A stretch of 64,000 nt of DNA from assembly GCA_026416845.1 (NCBI GenBank), contig JAOAEL010000003.1, positions 78,047 through 142,046 of the forward strand, in the 5' to 3' direction. Below the pieces are notes generated by a model. It worked only from the letters and a program-made list of their open reading frames with translations. It had not been told where the DNA came from and searched no databases. Below, piece by piece: positions 18,672 to 28,003 of this stretch. The first letter of the stretch is position 1, and every line of letters starts with the position of its first letter. This DNA is from Patescibacteria group bacterium (lineage in GTDB: Bacteria; Patescibacteriota; Microgenomatia; UBA8517). Made by a program: the position numbers and the translations under genes.

Positions 18672-21638
18672 CTACCTACATTCTGCATATGCAATTCTAG
18701 ATCCTGGACATTGATTTTCTCTTCCTTCACACCTGTTGTATCTTTCTATATTATTATTGAAATCTGTGGATGGGCAAGTATCCCCGTCTCCACCCACAAA
18801 ACATGCTCCTCTTGCCGGATTTCTATTTATGGCAAAATGTAAATGCTCTGGAGAACCGGGTCTGCTAGCAGACCCGGTTCTATCGGTTGTTCCTAATATT
18901 TGACCTGCTTCTACTCTTTCATTTTCTGAAACAAATATCTCACAAAAGTGAGCATAATAATGGTAAAATCTTCTTCCACTTTGATCTATACTTTCAATTG
19001 CTAGGTTTTTGCCACCTATTGGGTCTATTCTACGATTTCGATTATTTCCAACAACCCAGATTACTCTTCCAGATGCATAAGCAACAACTGCAGCTCTAGC
19101 TGGAGGACTTCTATCTGATGAAACCCCGCTTGGAAATATATCAGTTGATCTGAATCCATCCCAATGAACACACGCATTTCCACTCATTCCTTCTGTTGTT
19201 CCTGAAAATGGGGCTACAGGAAAAGCGTATCTTTGATTATTTGACATCAATACCCCTGTAGGAGTTGGGATTGGGTTAGGAATTGGTCTTATTTCATTAC
19301 AATTATCGACTTGTGGAGCGTTGCCTACAGAAATACAATGGGTATCTGAAACGACTTGTGTCTGATTTGTATTTTCTATTGTTGCTGAAAGCCTTATTGT
19401 GTCACAGACTAAAGAATTAGAATGACTTCTATTAATTCGTATTGAATAATTTGTGACATATTGTCCTATTCCTATTTCACTTGGAATATTTGGAGATCCA
19501 AGAATTTGAGCAGGTTGGTTTTGCGATACGGGTCCAGAATTAGATTGTCTATTAGGTAGTATGGTATAAGTATTAACAAAAGAAACGTTCGTTAAGTTTT
19601 GATTAGTAATTATTGTTATTGTATAGATTACTTCTACTTCTTCTGTTGGATTTTGTATTCTGCTTACTGGTGAACTTTTATCAATTATTATGTTTTCGGA
19701 TTGATTTATTCCTTGCCTTCTTAAAATTAGATCATTTGCTTTGGGAACAACCAATCCACTTGTGTTTATTACAAGCAAAACAAATGCTACAAAAATTATT
19801 ATACCTGCTAATGTTATAGAAAAGAGTATAAGAATTTGTGTAATTAAAATTATGGATAAAGAAGTAAATATTCCTATTAAAATGGAGATTGTTTTGCCTA
19901 GAATTTTGCCTATACCCTTAATATATTTGACAGGATCTTTTAAGAAGTTTATTATTTCGGGCAATATTGTTGCTATTAAACCTAAACCGCCTGTTGCTAA
20001 AGCTGAACCTGCTTTTACCAATAAGCTGGCTAATCCTTTGGCAATTGTGGACTTTGCTAGTTGAAATGTTGTATTTCTTGCCAAAGCGGCAGCTCCTCTT
20101 TTGATTATGTTTCCTCCTATTTTTTGGGTTGCGCTTGGTAGAAGTCCCTTTATTTTTCTTGCTTTTTCGTAAAAATTTCTTAATTGAGGGATTGTATTTA
20201 GTATTTCTTGATTCTTTTCAAATAGTTCTATTATATCTGATGCTCTTACTGATAAAACAGATTGTGTTAGTTGACTGTCTGTAGGTATTTGATAGTTTTT
20301 ACTTTCGCCAAATTTTTCTAAAGCTTTTCTTGTTATTTCATAGCTTCCCGTGTAGGCGTCGATAGAGGGGTCGAGAGGCAAATTATTTTTTGAATCAAAG
20401 AGACCTGATTTTTGTAATTCTTGGTTTATCAAATCTCTTCGCCGAATGGCTTCCTTAATTTTTGGATTTTCTTTTGCTATTTTTTCAGCGGCGCCTGGAT
20501 ATATGCTTGCAAAATATAAAAACTGTTGTGATTCAACGAACTTTTTTATTTTATCATATGTTTCAGTTGGATTTAAATTTAATTGATTTTGTAGTTCTTC
20601 CCCTTGTTCTCCGGTTGAAATTGATTGAACTAAATAATCTGTAGCTTTGTTTATCCTAATTTTTCTATCTTCCAAAAGGAGTTCTGGGGTTATATTTTCT
20701 ATTTTCGTTTTTAAAATGTATGTTGTTGGGGGAATATATTCCGTGTTTGTTGATCCTTTTGATAAGTTTACTTTTCCTGGAAGGTTGTTATCTATCCATC
20801 CTGGGTTATTTATGACAATTTCTGAGTCTTGTTCATTAAATCCGCTTAGTAGTGAGACACGAATTTTGCTATCTTTTTGTTTTTCTTTGTAAACATTTTG
20901 ATTTTTTGATGAAATTTGTTTGACTTCTTTTTCTTTTTCTTCATAATCTTGGGATTCCGAAGCTATTTCTGCCAAGATTTCTATTGCTGTTCTATATTTT
21001 TCTTGCAAAATTTGATCGTATTTACGAAGATCTTTTTCATATTCAGCATCGAGTTGCATTTGTATAGATTCATTTCCTGATGGATCTATTTTTCTAACCG
21101 GTTTTTTAGCTTTTTGAAAAATGATGCTGTATCTTTCATCAGTTGTGTTTGTTAATAACATCGCTTCTGTAATGACTTGATTTGGGTCTAAAAATTGAAG
21201 ATTTTTAATAATATTTGCGGCTATTAAGGCTCTTGAACTCGGAAACTTTGCTATTTTTACCGGTTTAATGTCTTTGCTTAATTTTTGATTTTCATTTTTG
21301 TATTGATAAAAATTTTCTTCTTTTGGAATTTTCTCGCTTTGCTTTTTTTGGATTTGTGTAATTGTTTCCTGTTTTCTAGGAAAATTGTTTCCGTGTATCA
21401 AAATTGTTTGATCGTATATTTTTCTTTTTTCAGGGTTTCTTAATGTATTGTAAGCTTCGGTTATATATTGAGCTGCTTGTAAAGCTTTTTGCTGATTTTC
21501 TGAATCGCTATTAACATGAAGGTCAGGATGGTATTTTTGTATCGCATTTCTGTATGCTTGTTTTATTTCTTCAAAAGTTGCATTTTCTGTAACTCCAAGT
21601 CTTTGATAATAGTTCATTTCCGGAAAGTTGTTGTTCAT
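18672..21638 (-). CDS. J-domain (DnaJ-like) - coiled/low-complexity linker - TM - M23 (LytM) metallopeptidase fusion protein
   Basis: N-terminal J domain with HPD (YYQRLGV..EEIKQAYRNAIQKYHPDLH). Long TM stretch (~aa 580-640). C-terminal M23 motifs (YHYYAHF..., GTTDRTGSASRPGSPEHLHFAI). The C-terminal third is visibly more GC-rich. Confidence 0.7.
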   Translation of the reverse strand: MNNNFPEMNYYQRLGVTENATFEEIKQAYRNAIQKYHPDLHVNSDSENQQKALQAAQYITEAYNTLRNPEKRKIYDQTILIHGNNFPRKQETITQIQKKQSEKIPKEENFYQYKNENQKLSKDIKPVKIAKFPSSRALIAANIIKNLQFLDPNQVITEAMLLTNTTDERYSIIFQKAKKPVRKIDPSGNESIQMQLDAEYEKDLRKYDQILQEKYRTAIEILAEIASESQDYEEKEKEVKQISSKNQNVYKEKQKDSKIRVSLLSGFNEQDSEIVINNPGWIDNNLPGKVNLSKGSTNTEYIPPTTYILKTKIENITPELLLEDRKIRINKATDYLVQSISTGEQGEELQNQLNLNPTETYDKIKKFVESQQFLYFASIYPGAAEKIAKENPKIKEAIRRRDLINQELQKSGLFDSKNNLPLDPSIDAYTGSYEITRKALEKFGESKNYQIPTDSQLTQSVLSVRASDIIELFEKNQEILNTIPQLRNFYEKARKIKGLLPSATQKIGGNIIKRGAAALARNTTFQLAKSTIAKGLASLLVKAGSALATGGLGLIATILPEIINFLKDPVKYIKGIGKILGKTISILIGIFTSLSIILITQILILFSITLAGIIIFVAFVLLVINTSGLVVPKANDLILRRQGINQSENIIIDKSSPVSRIQNPTEEVEVIYTITIITNQNLTNVSFVNTYTILPNRQSNSGPVSQNQPAQILGSPNIPSEIGIGQYVTNYSIRINRSHSNSLVCDTIRLSATIENTNQTQVVSDTHCISVGNAPQVDNCNEIRPIPNPIPTPTGVLMSNNQRYAFPVAPFSGTTEGMSGNACVHWDGFRSTDIFPSGVSSDRSPPARAAVVAYASGRVIWVVGNNRNRRIDPIGGKNLAIESIDQSGRRFYHYYAHFCEIFVSENERVEAGQILGTTDRTGSASRPGSPEHLHFAINRNPARGACFVGGDGDTCPSTDFNNNIERYNRCEGRENQCPGSRIAYAECR

Positions 21639-21787
21639 ATATTTTTGGTTTTTATTTGTACATTATATTGTTTTATTACCGTAATTTAACTTAATTATTT
21701 GCAAAATTTTCATTAGACTGATAATTAAATTATTATTAGATTAATTAAATTATTTGCAAGTGTTAATAAGTAAAAAATTTTTGTTAC

Positions 21788-23674
21788 TCATGTTTTTCTT
21801 TGTAGTAACTCTTGAGGTTTTGTTGTTATTAGTTTATGTTCTTCAGGTGATGCGATTACAGAAATTGGTACATGATTATTGCCTGCAAAAAATATGCCTT
21901 GTCCAATATTACTTCCTAGAAGTAATTGTTTTTCTCCTTGAGACAAATAAAAAACTTGTGTTATTTTATCGATTGCAGCTGGAGATTGTTTAAAAAGTAC
22001 TCTAAGAGCTGCGTTTGTAACTACTGCTTTTCCTATATCTTGGCTTAAAAAATCTTCAACATCTTGTGTAATTGTTGTAATTCCCAAGTAATATTTTCTT
22101 GCTCGTTTTACAATTGACCAGAGAAATTGTGCGCTATCTGAATAACGCATCATATGCCATGCTTCATCTACTATTAGAATACGAGGCTTTAGTTCTTTTT
22201 TTACTCTAGTCCATATATAATCAAGAATTATAAACATTGCTATGGGTCTTAATTGATCTTGTAACTCTCGAACTGAAAAAACGGTAAATGGGTTTGTAAT
22301 ATCAAATGTTGTTTGTTGATCGAATATTCCTACATAACTGCCTTTTACAAATTTTTCTATTCTAGCTGCCAAATCTAGTGCTTCAGTAGTTTCCATACCT
22401 ATTAAAATTTTATATAGATCTTCAATTAAAGGTGGTTCTTTAGTTTGTGTTTTTGGATCTTGAGTAATTCCTTTAGATTTATAGGTGGCTACTAAGGCTC
22501 GATCTAAAATAGCTTCTTGATATGGACTTATTTCTCCCATAATTATTTTAAATAATGAATGTAGTGAAAGTATTTTTAAACCTAGTTGATTTTCTCCTTC
22601 TTCGTTTATGTAAGATAAATCAAATGGATTTATTTTTACAGCTGAATTAAATGAGAAAGAAAGGTACTGTCCGCCAACTGCATCGCAAAGTGTTTTGTAT
22701 TCGTTTTCTGGATCAATTATTATTATGTTTGTTCCTAACATTAAACTTCTTAGTGCTTCGAGTTTGACAAAATAACTTTTACCGCCACCTGAGCTTCCAA
22801 ATATGACCATGTTTGAATTTTCTAATGAAAATCTATCAAAGACTATAAAAGATCCATTTTGAGAATTGATGCCATACAAAACACCTTTGTCGTGTGAAAG
22901 CTCGGCTGAGGTTAAAGGAAACATTGTTGCGAGTGAAGTAGTATCCATATTTCTTGTTATAGATAATCGATCCATTCCAAATGGCATTGTTGATAAAAAT
23001 CCATTTTCCATATCTAAAGTTGCGTGTTTTGCTGTTACCAAAACTGAACCGAGTGTTGATTCTATTTGTTTTGTTATTTGATTTAATTGTTCAAGACTTG
23101 CTGCTCTAACTGTTACATAAAATGAAAACTCATAAAAATGTTCTATTCCTTTAACCAATTCTTGTTGAAGCCTTCTTGCGTCTTCCAATTTAGCTTCAGT
23201 TGATGGATTTAATATCTTGCCTCTTTCCAAATCTGTTGCGATTTCTGCTTCCATTTCAGCTATTTTGCGCATTAAATCATTTAAAACATCTTTTCCTTTT
23301 ACAGGATAAATAAAAAATGAAATATCTAAAGAGCTATTAAAGTTAACTAATTGTTCTAACCAGCCCGGAGAAACAAATCTAGGATATCCAGATATAAACA
23401 AGGATCTTAAATATACATCGCCTATTTTTATGTGGTCTAAATCTATTTCTATTTCATTTGTTGCAATTACATTTACAAGTGGAACTCTTTCTTCAAACAC
23501 CGCTTTAGCAATATTGGGGTATTGTGGTTTTTCTCCATGTATTAAAATTTCTTCTTGATTTTCATGATTTTCATTTTTTGATTCCTTTTTTTTTATTACA
23601 GTTTCTGTTATGGGATCAATTGTAAAGTTTATTTCTTCTTTTTTTTGAAAAGGTAAAAAACTTATATTTTTCAT
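21788..23674 (-). CDS. VirB4/TrbE/TraC-like type IV secretion ATPase (central and C-terminal ATPase portion)
   Basis: Walker A FGSSGGGKSYFVK, Walker B ILIVDEAWHMM, and the conserved VirB4 block YLGITTITQDVEDF. Confidence 0.8.
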   Translation of the reverse strand: MKNISFLPFQKKEEINFTIDPITETVIKKKESKNENHENQEEILIHGEKPQYPNIAKAVFEERVPLVNVIATNEIEIDLDHIKIGDVYLRSLFISGYPRFVSPGWLEQLVNFNSSLDISFFIYPVKGKDVLNDLMRKIAEMEAEIATDLERGKILNPSTEAKLEDARRLQQELVKGIEHFYEFSFYVTVRAASLEQLNQITKQIESTLGSVLVTAKHATLDMENGFLSTMPFGMDRLSITRNMDTTSLATMFPLTSAELSHDKGVLYGINSQNGSFIVFDRFSLENSNMVIFGSSGGGKSYFVKLEALRSLMLGTNIIIIDPENEYKTLCDAVGGQYLSFSFNSAVKINPFDLSYINEEGENQLGLKILSLHSLFKIIMGEISPYQEAILDRALVATYKSKGITQDPKTQTKEPPLIEDLYKILIGMETTEALDLAARIEKFVKGSYVGIFDQQTTFDITNPFTVFSVRELQDQLRPIAMFIILDYIWTRVKKELKPRILIVDEAWHMMRYSDSAQFLWSIVKRARKYYLGITTITQDVEDFLSQDIGKAVVTNAALRVLFKQSPAAIDKITQVFYLSQGEKQLLLGSNIGQGIFFAGNNHVPISVIASPEEHKLITTKPQELLQRKT

Positions 23675-23676
23675 AA

Positions 23677-24357
23677 TTAGAAATCATCTTCCGCGGTTTT
23701 AACTGGCACTTCTGGATTGTATACATTATAAAAAAGTTTCAGTAATTCTTCATCGTTAAGTTGTTTTAGTTTGATTGACAACCTGTTTGCCTGTCTTATT
23801 AGGTGATCTCTTTTGGGGTGGAGTGAAATCTTTGCTTTTCTAACAACATAAGATTTAGGATACGGAATTAAGGCTACACCTTTTTTTTGATTAGGGGAAA
23901 ACATGCTTAGTGCAAAAGAATTTTTTGCAAGACCAAGTTCGTATGGATAAAATGGAATGGTGATATAAAATTTTTTGCTCAATATGTTTCGTTTTTTTAT
24001 TGCTTCGTTTATGAAGTTTTTGTAGTCCATCATAATTTGTGCCAATTTTTCGTTTTTGATTTCTTTTTGTTTTTCTTCCAAATATTTCATGTAGCTAGAA
24101 ATATCTTTTTTTTGAGAACTTACTGTAATTTGTATTGGAAATGAAAGCGAGTTTAAAAGTCCAGCATAGGATACTATTACAGCTTCTTGTTCGTTTTCTG
24201 ATAGTAGTCCAAAATTAAGGGAAGTGGACTCCATTACTATTGCAGCTCCTCCATTTTTGTAAAATGCTATTCCATCTGTTATGTCTATAACAGGTACAAG
24301 TTCTTGAGAAGCGACTTTTAACGGTTTGTCAGGTGTAAATATAAAAGGAATTTTCAT
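23677..24357 (-). CDS. VirB4 N-terminal domain-like protein (separate ORF; stop-2 nt-ATG junction with the ATPase ORF)
   Basis: LVPVIDITDGIAFYKNGGAAIVMESTSLNFGLLSENEQEAVIVSYAGLLNSL resembles the N-terminal membrane-proximal domain of VirB4/TrbE. 226 + 628 aa together make a full-size VirB4. Confidence 0.5.
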   Translation of the reverse strand: MKIPFIFTPDKPLKVASQELVPVIDITDGIAFYKNGGAAIVMESTSLNFGLLSENEQEAVIVSYAGLLNSLSFPIQITVSSQKKDISSYMKYLEEKQKEIKNEKLAQIMMDYKNFINEAIKKRNILSKKFYITIPFYPYELGLAKNSFALSMFSPNQKKGVALIPYPKSYVVRKAKISLHPKRDHLIRQANRLSIKLKQLNDEELLKLFYNVYNPEVPVKTAEDDF

Positions 24358-24373
24358 TATTATTTTTTTTTAA

Positions 24374-25387
24374 TTAAATAGGGCTTATGATTAATGGTTT
24401 TAGAATCTCGCCTTTCAAAATAATTGTTATTGGTTCGAATTTATAATTTTCTTTTTCTGTCAAGATTTGATACTGACCATTTGCAAGAGGTGTTATAATT
24501 GCGAAGTGTCCTAAACTATTGCTTTTTAAAGCTCTAACTGGCAACCCATTTTCATCTCTAATTTCTATAATTGCGTTTTCGATTATTTTTCCGTCTTTTG
24601 TTATAACTTGACCTACAACAGTATTGGGTTGTGTCGGAAAAGCAGGGTGTGTTTCTGTTGAAAATTTTGCCGTTTGAGTTTGTTGGAAAATTATTTCTCC
24701 TAATATTGGTTTAATTTCTGAGTTTTGCGTGAATCTATCTATTTGTTTTGGTTCATAAACATAAGAGTTTTGATCTTTTACTTGATTTATTATACGTACA
24801 TTTTGTGTTTGTGGAATAGAAATTTCAGTTTTATTTACACCAGATAAATCTTTTTGAATTGCTTCTAAAGGATTTTCGTTTATGTGCTTGTCAACTTTAT
24901 TTAAAAATGCTGCCTCTTTTTTTTCTAGCACAGCTTGCCAAGAATAGCTTGTTTTTTGTTTGATTTCTTGATTGTTTGTTTGAATTTCTAAATCATTACT
25001 TGAAGTGTTTTGAGTAATTTCTTGTTCTTTGTTTTGGAATTGTTGTAATTCTGCTTGATAGGATGGAAGTTCGTCTTGAAAATAATACGGTTTTTGGTAA
25101 TTAGCTTGCCATTCGTAGAGAGTTGGTGAATAAATTGATTTAAAAAAAAGAATTATCCAACGTGAAAGTGGTCTGTCTTCAACAGGGAAAAAAGCTAAAG
25201 CAATACCTAATAAAAAGGCAAACAGCATTAATGGCCATTTGATATAGGATGGAAGTCCCGATGAATACAAAATCAATGCAACCAACGTGCCACCAGCAAC
25301 TTGGAAGAATTGTTTTATTGTCATATCTCCTACCAATTTGAATTGGTATGAAGATATTTGTTGGGGAATTGCATGTTCTTGGTCCAT
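24374..25387 (-). CDS. Membrane protein. N-terminal two-TM VirB3-like segment plus C-terminal carboxypeptidase-regulatory/Cna-B-like beta-sandwich.
   Basis: Two hydrophobic helices (GGTLVALILYSSGLP; PLMLFAFLLGIALAFFPV) placed directly upstream of VirB4, as for VirB3/TrbD. C-terminal GQVITKDGKIIENAIIEIRDENGLPV..GHFAIITPLANGQYQILTEKENYKFEP fold motif. Confidence 0.4.
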   Translation of the reverse strand: MDQEHAIPQQISSYQFKLVGDMTIKQFFQVAGGTLVALILYSSGLPSYIKWPLMLFAFLLGIALAFFPVEDRPLSRWIILFFKSIYSPTLYEWQANYQKPYYFQDELPSYQAELQQFQNKEQEITQNTSSNDLEIQTNNQEIKQKTSYSWQAVLEKKEAAFLNKVDKHINENPLEAIQKDLSGVNKTEISIPQTQNVRIINQVKDQNSYVYEPKQIDRFTQNSEIKPILGEIIFQQTQTAKFSTETHPAFPTQPNTVVGQVITKDGKIIENAIIEIRDENGLPVRALKSNSLGHFAIITPLANGQYQILTEKENYKFEPITIILKGEILKPLIISPI

Positions 25388-25608
25388 AGTAATTAGTTTG
25401 TTTAAGTTAAGTTATAAGTTAATAGAATTTTTTACATTTATTTTGAATTTTTTAATTTAAAAGTTATAATTGTACAAGAAAAATTTAATTTAGGCTAATT
25501 TGTGATAGAGTCTTAATCTAGATTTATATATAGTATTTTATATAATATAATTTTTAAAGTGGTTTAATAATTTTAAATAATTTAATAACTCTAGTTTAAA
25601 TAGTGTTT

Positions 25609-27993
25609 ATGGATAATGAAAGTAACAAAAATTTACCGCAATATGATCGTTGGTCCTTTGATGAACTTTTGGGTATGGTAGAGAACAATCCGTATAACGA
25701 AGAGTGCAAGCGGGAATTTGAAAAAAGAAAAGAAATTTTAAGCAATGACAATCGTTTAGTTCAAAAAATTTTAGAAGAATTTTATTCTCTAATAAGAAGT
25801 GGTGAACTTTTTCCAAACTTTAAGGAAATAGAGGGTCGAATACTTTCAGAGTTTCCGAAGTTTGATTCTGATAAGTATAAAGGAATGATTGCTGACACAG
25901 TTAAATCTGTTTTTGAAGAATTTAATTTTAGAAGAAAAATAGGAACTAGTTTTCAAAAATTTGAAAGAGATAAGCTAAATGAAAAACAGAGAAAAACTTT
26001 TGAAAATATTTTATCTCATCGATATGTAAATGTAACTATAGATTGGACTATTGTAGATTTAGATTTAATAGTTTATGGTAGTGATCGAGAAAATATAGCT
26101 AGAGAAGGGTATCAGCAAGTAATAAATTTGCTTTTGCAAATTATTCAAGACAAGAAACGAAAAGATGACGATAGAATTAAAGCCGGTGATGCAATTCGAT
26201 CAATTTTCAAAGAATTGGGTAGAGAATTAGGGCTAGAATGGGTTGGCAGTTTTTTAGATACACTAGAAAGCATAATTAATGATCCAAATTTCAAATCTAA
26301 GAATGATTTAATCAAAAGCTTAAAAGCATTTATTGACATTATGGAATATAGTGTTTATCCGCATAATGGCTGTTTAAAAATTGAAACAGTTGAAAAATTG
26401 CTACACAAATATCTCAGTGTTAGACAAAAATATGGAGGAATTATAAATGCTTTGTTATCAGGTTTAATTCGGTACGCTGAAGTTATGACAAAAGAAGAAA
26501 AAGATAAAAATGAAGAACTTGATGACATTAAAAAGTTTGAGATTTTGGTTAATCCAAAGTACTTGGAATTTTTTGACAGAATTGAATCTGATGATCAAAA
26601 AAGAGCGGAACAAATAATTAGTTTTGCCGGAAAAGAAAAGGAAAAGCAAGTTGACAAAGAAAAACCACAAGTTGAGGAATCTTTGCATATAGAAATTTTT
26701 AGTTTGTTGTCAAAAATTTTAGATTCAGATATCCCTATAGTCCCAAGGCAAAGTTTTGAATTACCAGGTTTAAATTCTGGTTGGGTTCAAAAAACTTTAT
26801 TTCAGGAAATTATTAGTTTAAATGAAAAAAATAAAGATGAAAATTTCAGAAAATTTGTAGAATCCGTTTTGTCAATTGTTGATTCTTACTCTGTGTTAAA
26901 AATGTGTTTAGAATCTTCTGGTAATGATTTAACAATTTTTGGACAGCGTGTCAGAATGTGTTACCTAACTGAAGAATTAAAGGAATATCTTGTTACTCCA
27001 GATAAAATACTTTGTGCTTATTCTGATCATAGATTAGTTGTGCCTTTCGCTTTGGAATTGCTAAAGCGTGCTAGCACTGACAATGGTTTAGATGGGTTAG
27101 GAAGATTGAACGCAAGACAACCAGGAGAGAGCAATGCTCAGTTTGAAGCCAGAATAAAAAATATAAAAGATAGAATTCTTTTGGAGCTAAAGAATGAGTG
27201 TGAAAATAAATTAATTGCTGGTTTAAGTTTAAAAATTGCGGAGAAAATTGCTAAGATTACATTTTTAGAATTTTTTTGGGATAATCAGTTTTTACTTGGA
27301 AAAATATCGAAAATGATGAATTTTAAAGAATATAGAGAGAGATTAAAGGATAGCGGTGATGTTGGTCCGAAGGATACTATTGAGATAATTCCAACTTTAT
27401 TGTCTCCTTTTAATAAGTATGAGAGAATTGAAAATGGGGGAGAAGATTTTGATATAAAAACTGTTCAAGACATTGAACGTTTATATTTTGGTAGTAAGAA
27501 AGAATCTTTGGATTTATCCGAAGATTTTAAAAATTCTGGTAGATACTCTTGGCTCGATTATTGTTGTGTTGTTATTCCAAAATCTGCCAAAGCTTTTGAT
27601 CGACTTTTAAATACTAATCCGCCACAAACGCTAGAAGAGGCTGAAGCTATAGCAACTGAATTAAATAGCGCTGATCCTAAAGGACGTTTCCGTTTGCTTG
27701 TTATATATATGTTGGGAATAATTCGCACAAATGATGCAAATGAAAAATTTGATCCTCGTAAGTTTCGATCTTTTTTTTATCAATACAGTTTAAAAAAAAC
27801 AATTTTAGGACGATTTTTGCCAAAATGGTTAATTAATATTTTTGACACTAGAGGTAAAAGAACTGTGGAGTACATAACCGAAGAACAAGAAGAATGGCTT
27901 TATTATAAAACCAGTGGAATTGGAAATTTTTTTGAAAAATTTGAAAAATCTGTCAATTTACCTCCGATAAAAAACAAGAACAAAGAAAATTGA
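25609..27993 (+). CDS. Hypothetical K/E-rich soluble protein (796 aa by the track from GTG 25603; first ATG at 25609)
   Basis: Long uninterrupted ORF on the opposite strand, embedded in the T4SS-like locus. No recognisable motif. Confidence 0.4.
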   Translation: MDNESNKNLPQYDRWSFDELLGMVENNPYNEECKREFEKRKEILSNDNRLVQKILEEFYSLIRSGELFPNFKEIEGRILSEFPKFDSDKYKGMIADTVKSVFEEFNFRRKIGTSFQKFERDKLNEKQRKTFENILSHRYVNVTIDWTIVDLDLIVYGSDRENIAREGYQQVINLLLQIIQDKKRKDDDRIKAGDAIRSIFKELGRELGLEWVGSFLDTLESIINDPNFKSKNDLIKSLKAFIDIMEYSVYPHNGCLKIETVEKLLHKYLSVRQKYGGIINALLSGLIRYAEVMTKEEKDKNEELDDIKKFEILVNPKYLEFFDRIESDDQKRAEQIISFAGKEKEKQVDKEKPQVEESLHIEIFSLLSKILDSDIPIVPRQSFELPGLNSGWVQKTLFQEIISLNEKNKDENFRKFVESVLSIVDSYSVLKMCLESSGNDLTIFGQRVRMCYLTEELKEYLVTPDKILCAYSDHRLVVPFALELLKRASTDNGLDGLGRLNARQPGESNAQFEARIKNIKDRILLELKNECENKLIAGLSLKIAEKIAKITFLEFFWDNQFLLGKISKMMNFKEYRERLKDSGDVGPKDTIEIIPTLLSPFNKYERIENGGEDFDIKTVQDIERLYFGSKKESLDLSEDFKNSGRYSWLDYCCVVIPKSAKAFDRLLNTNPPQTLEEAEAIATELNSADPKGRFRLLVIYMLGIIRTNDANEKFDPRKFRSFFYQYSLKKTILGRFLPKWLINIFDTRGKRTVEYITEEQEEWLYYKTSGIGNFFEKFEKSVNLPPIKNKNKEN

Positions 27994-28003
27994 AAATTGA
28001 ATT

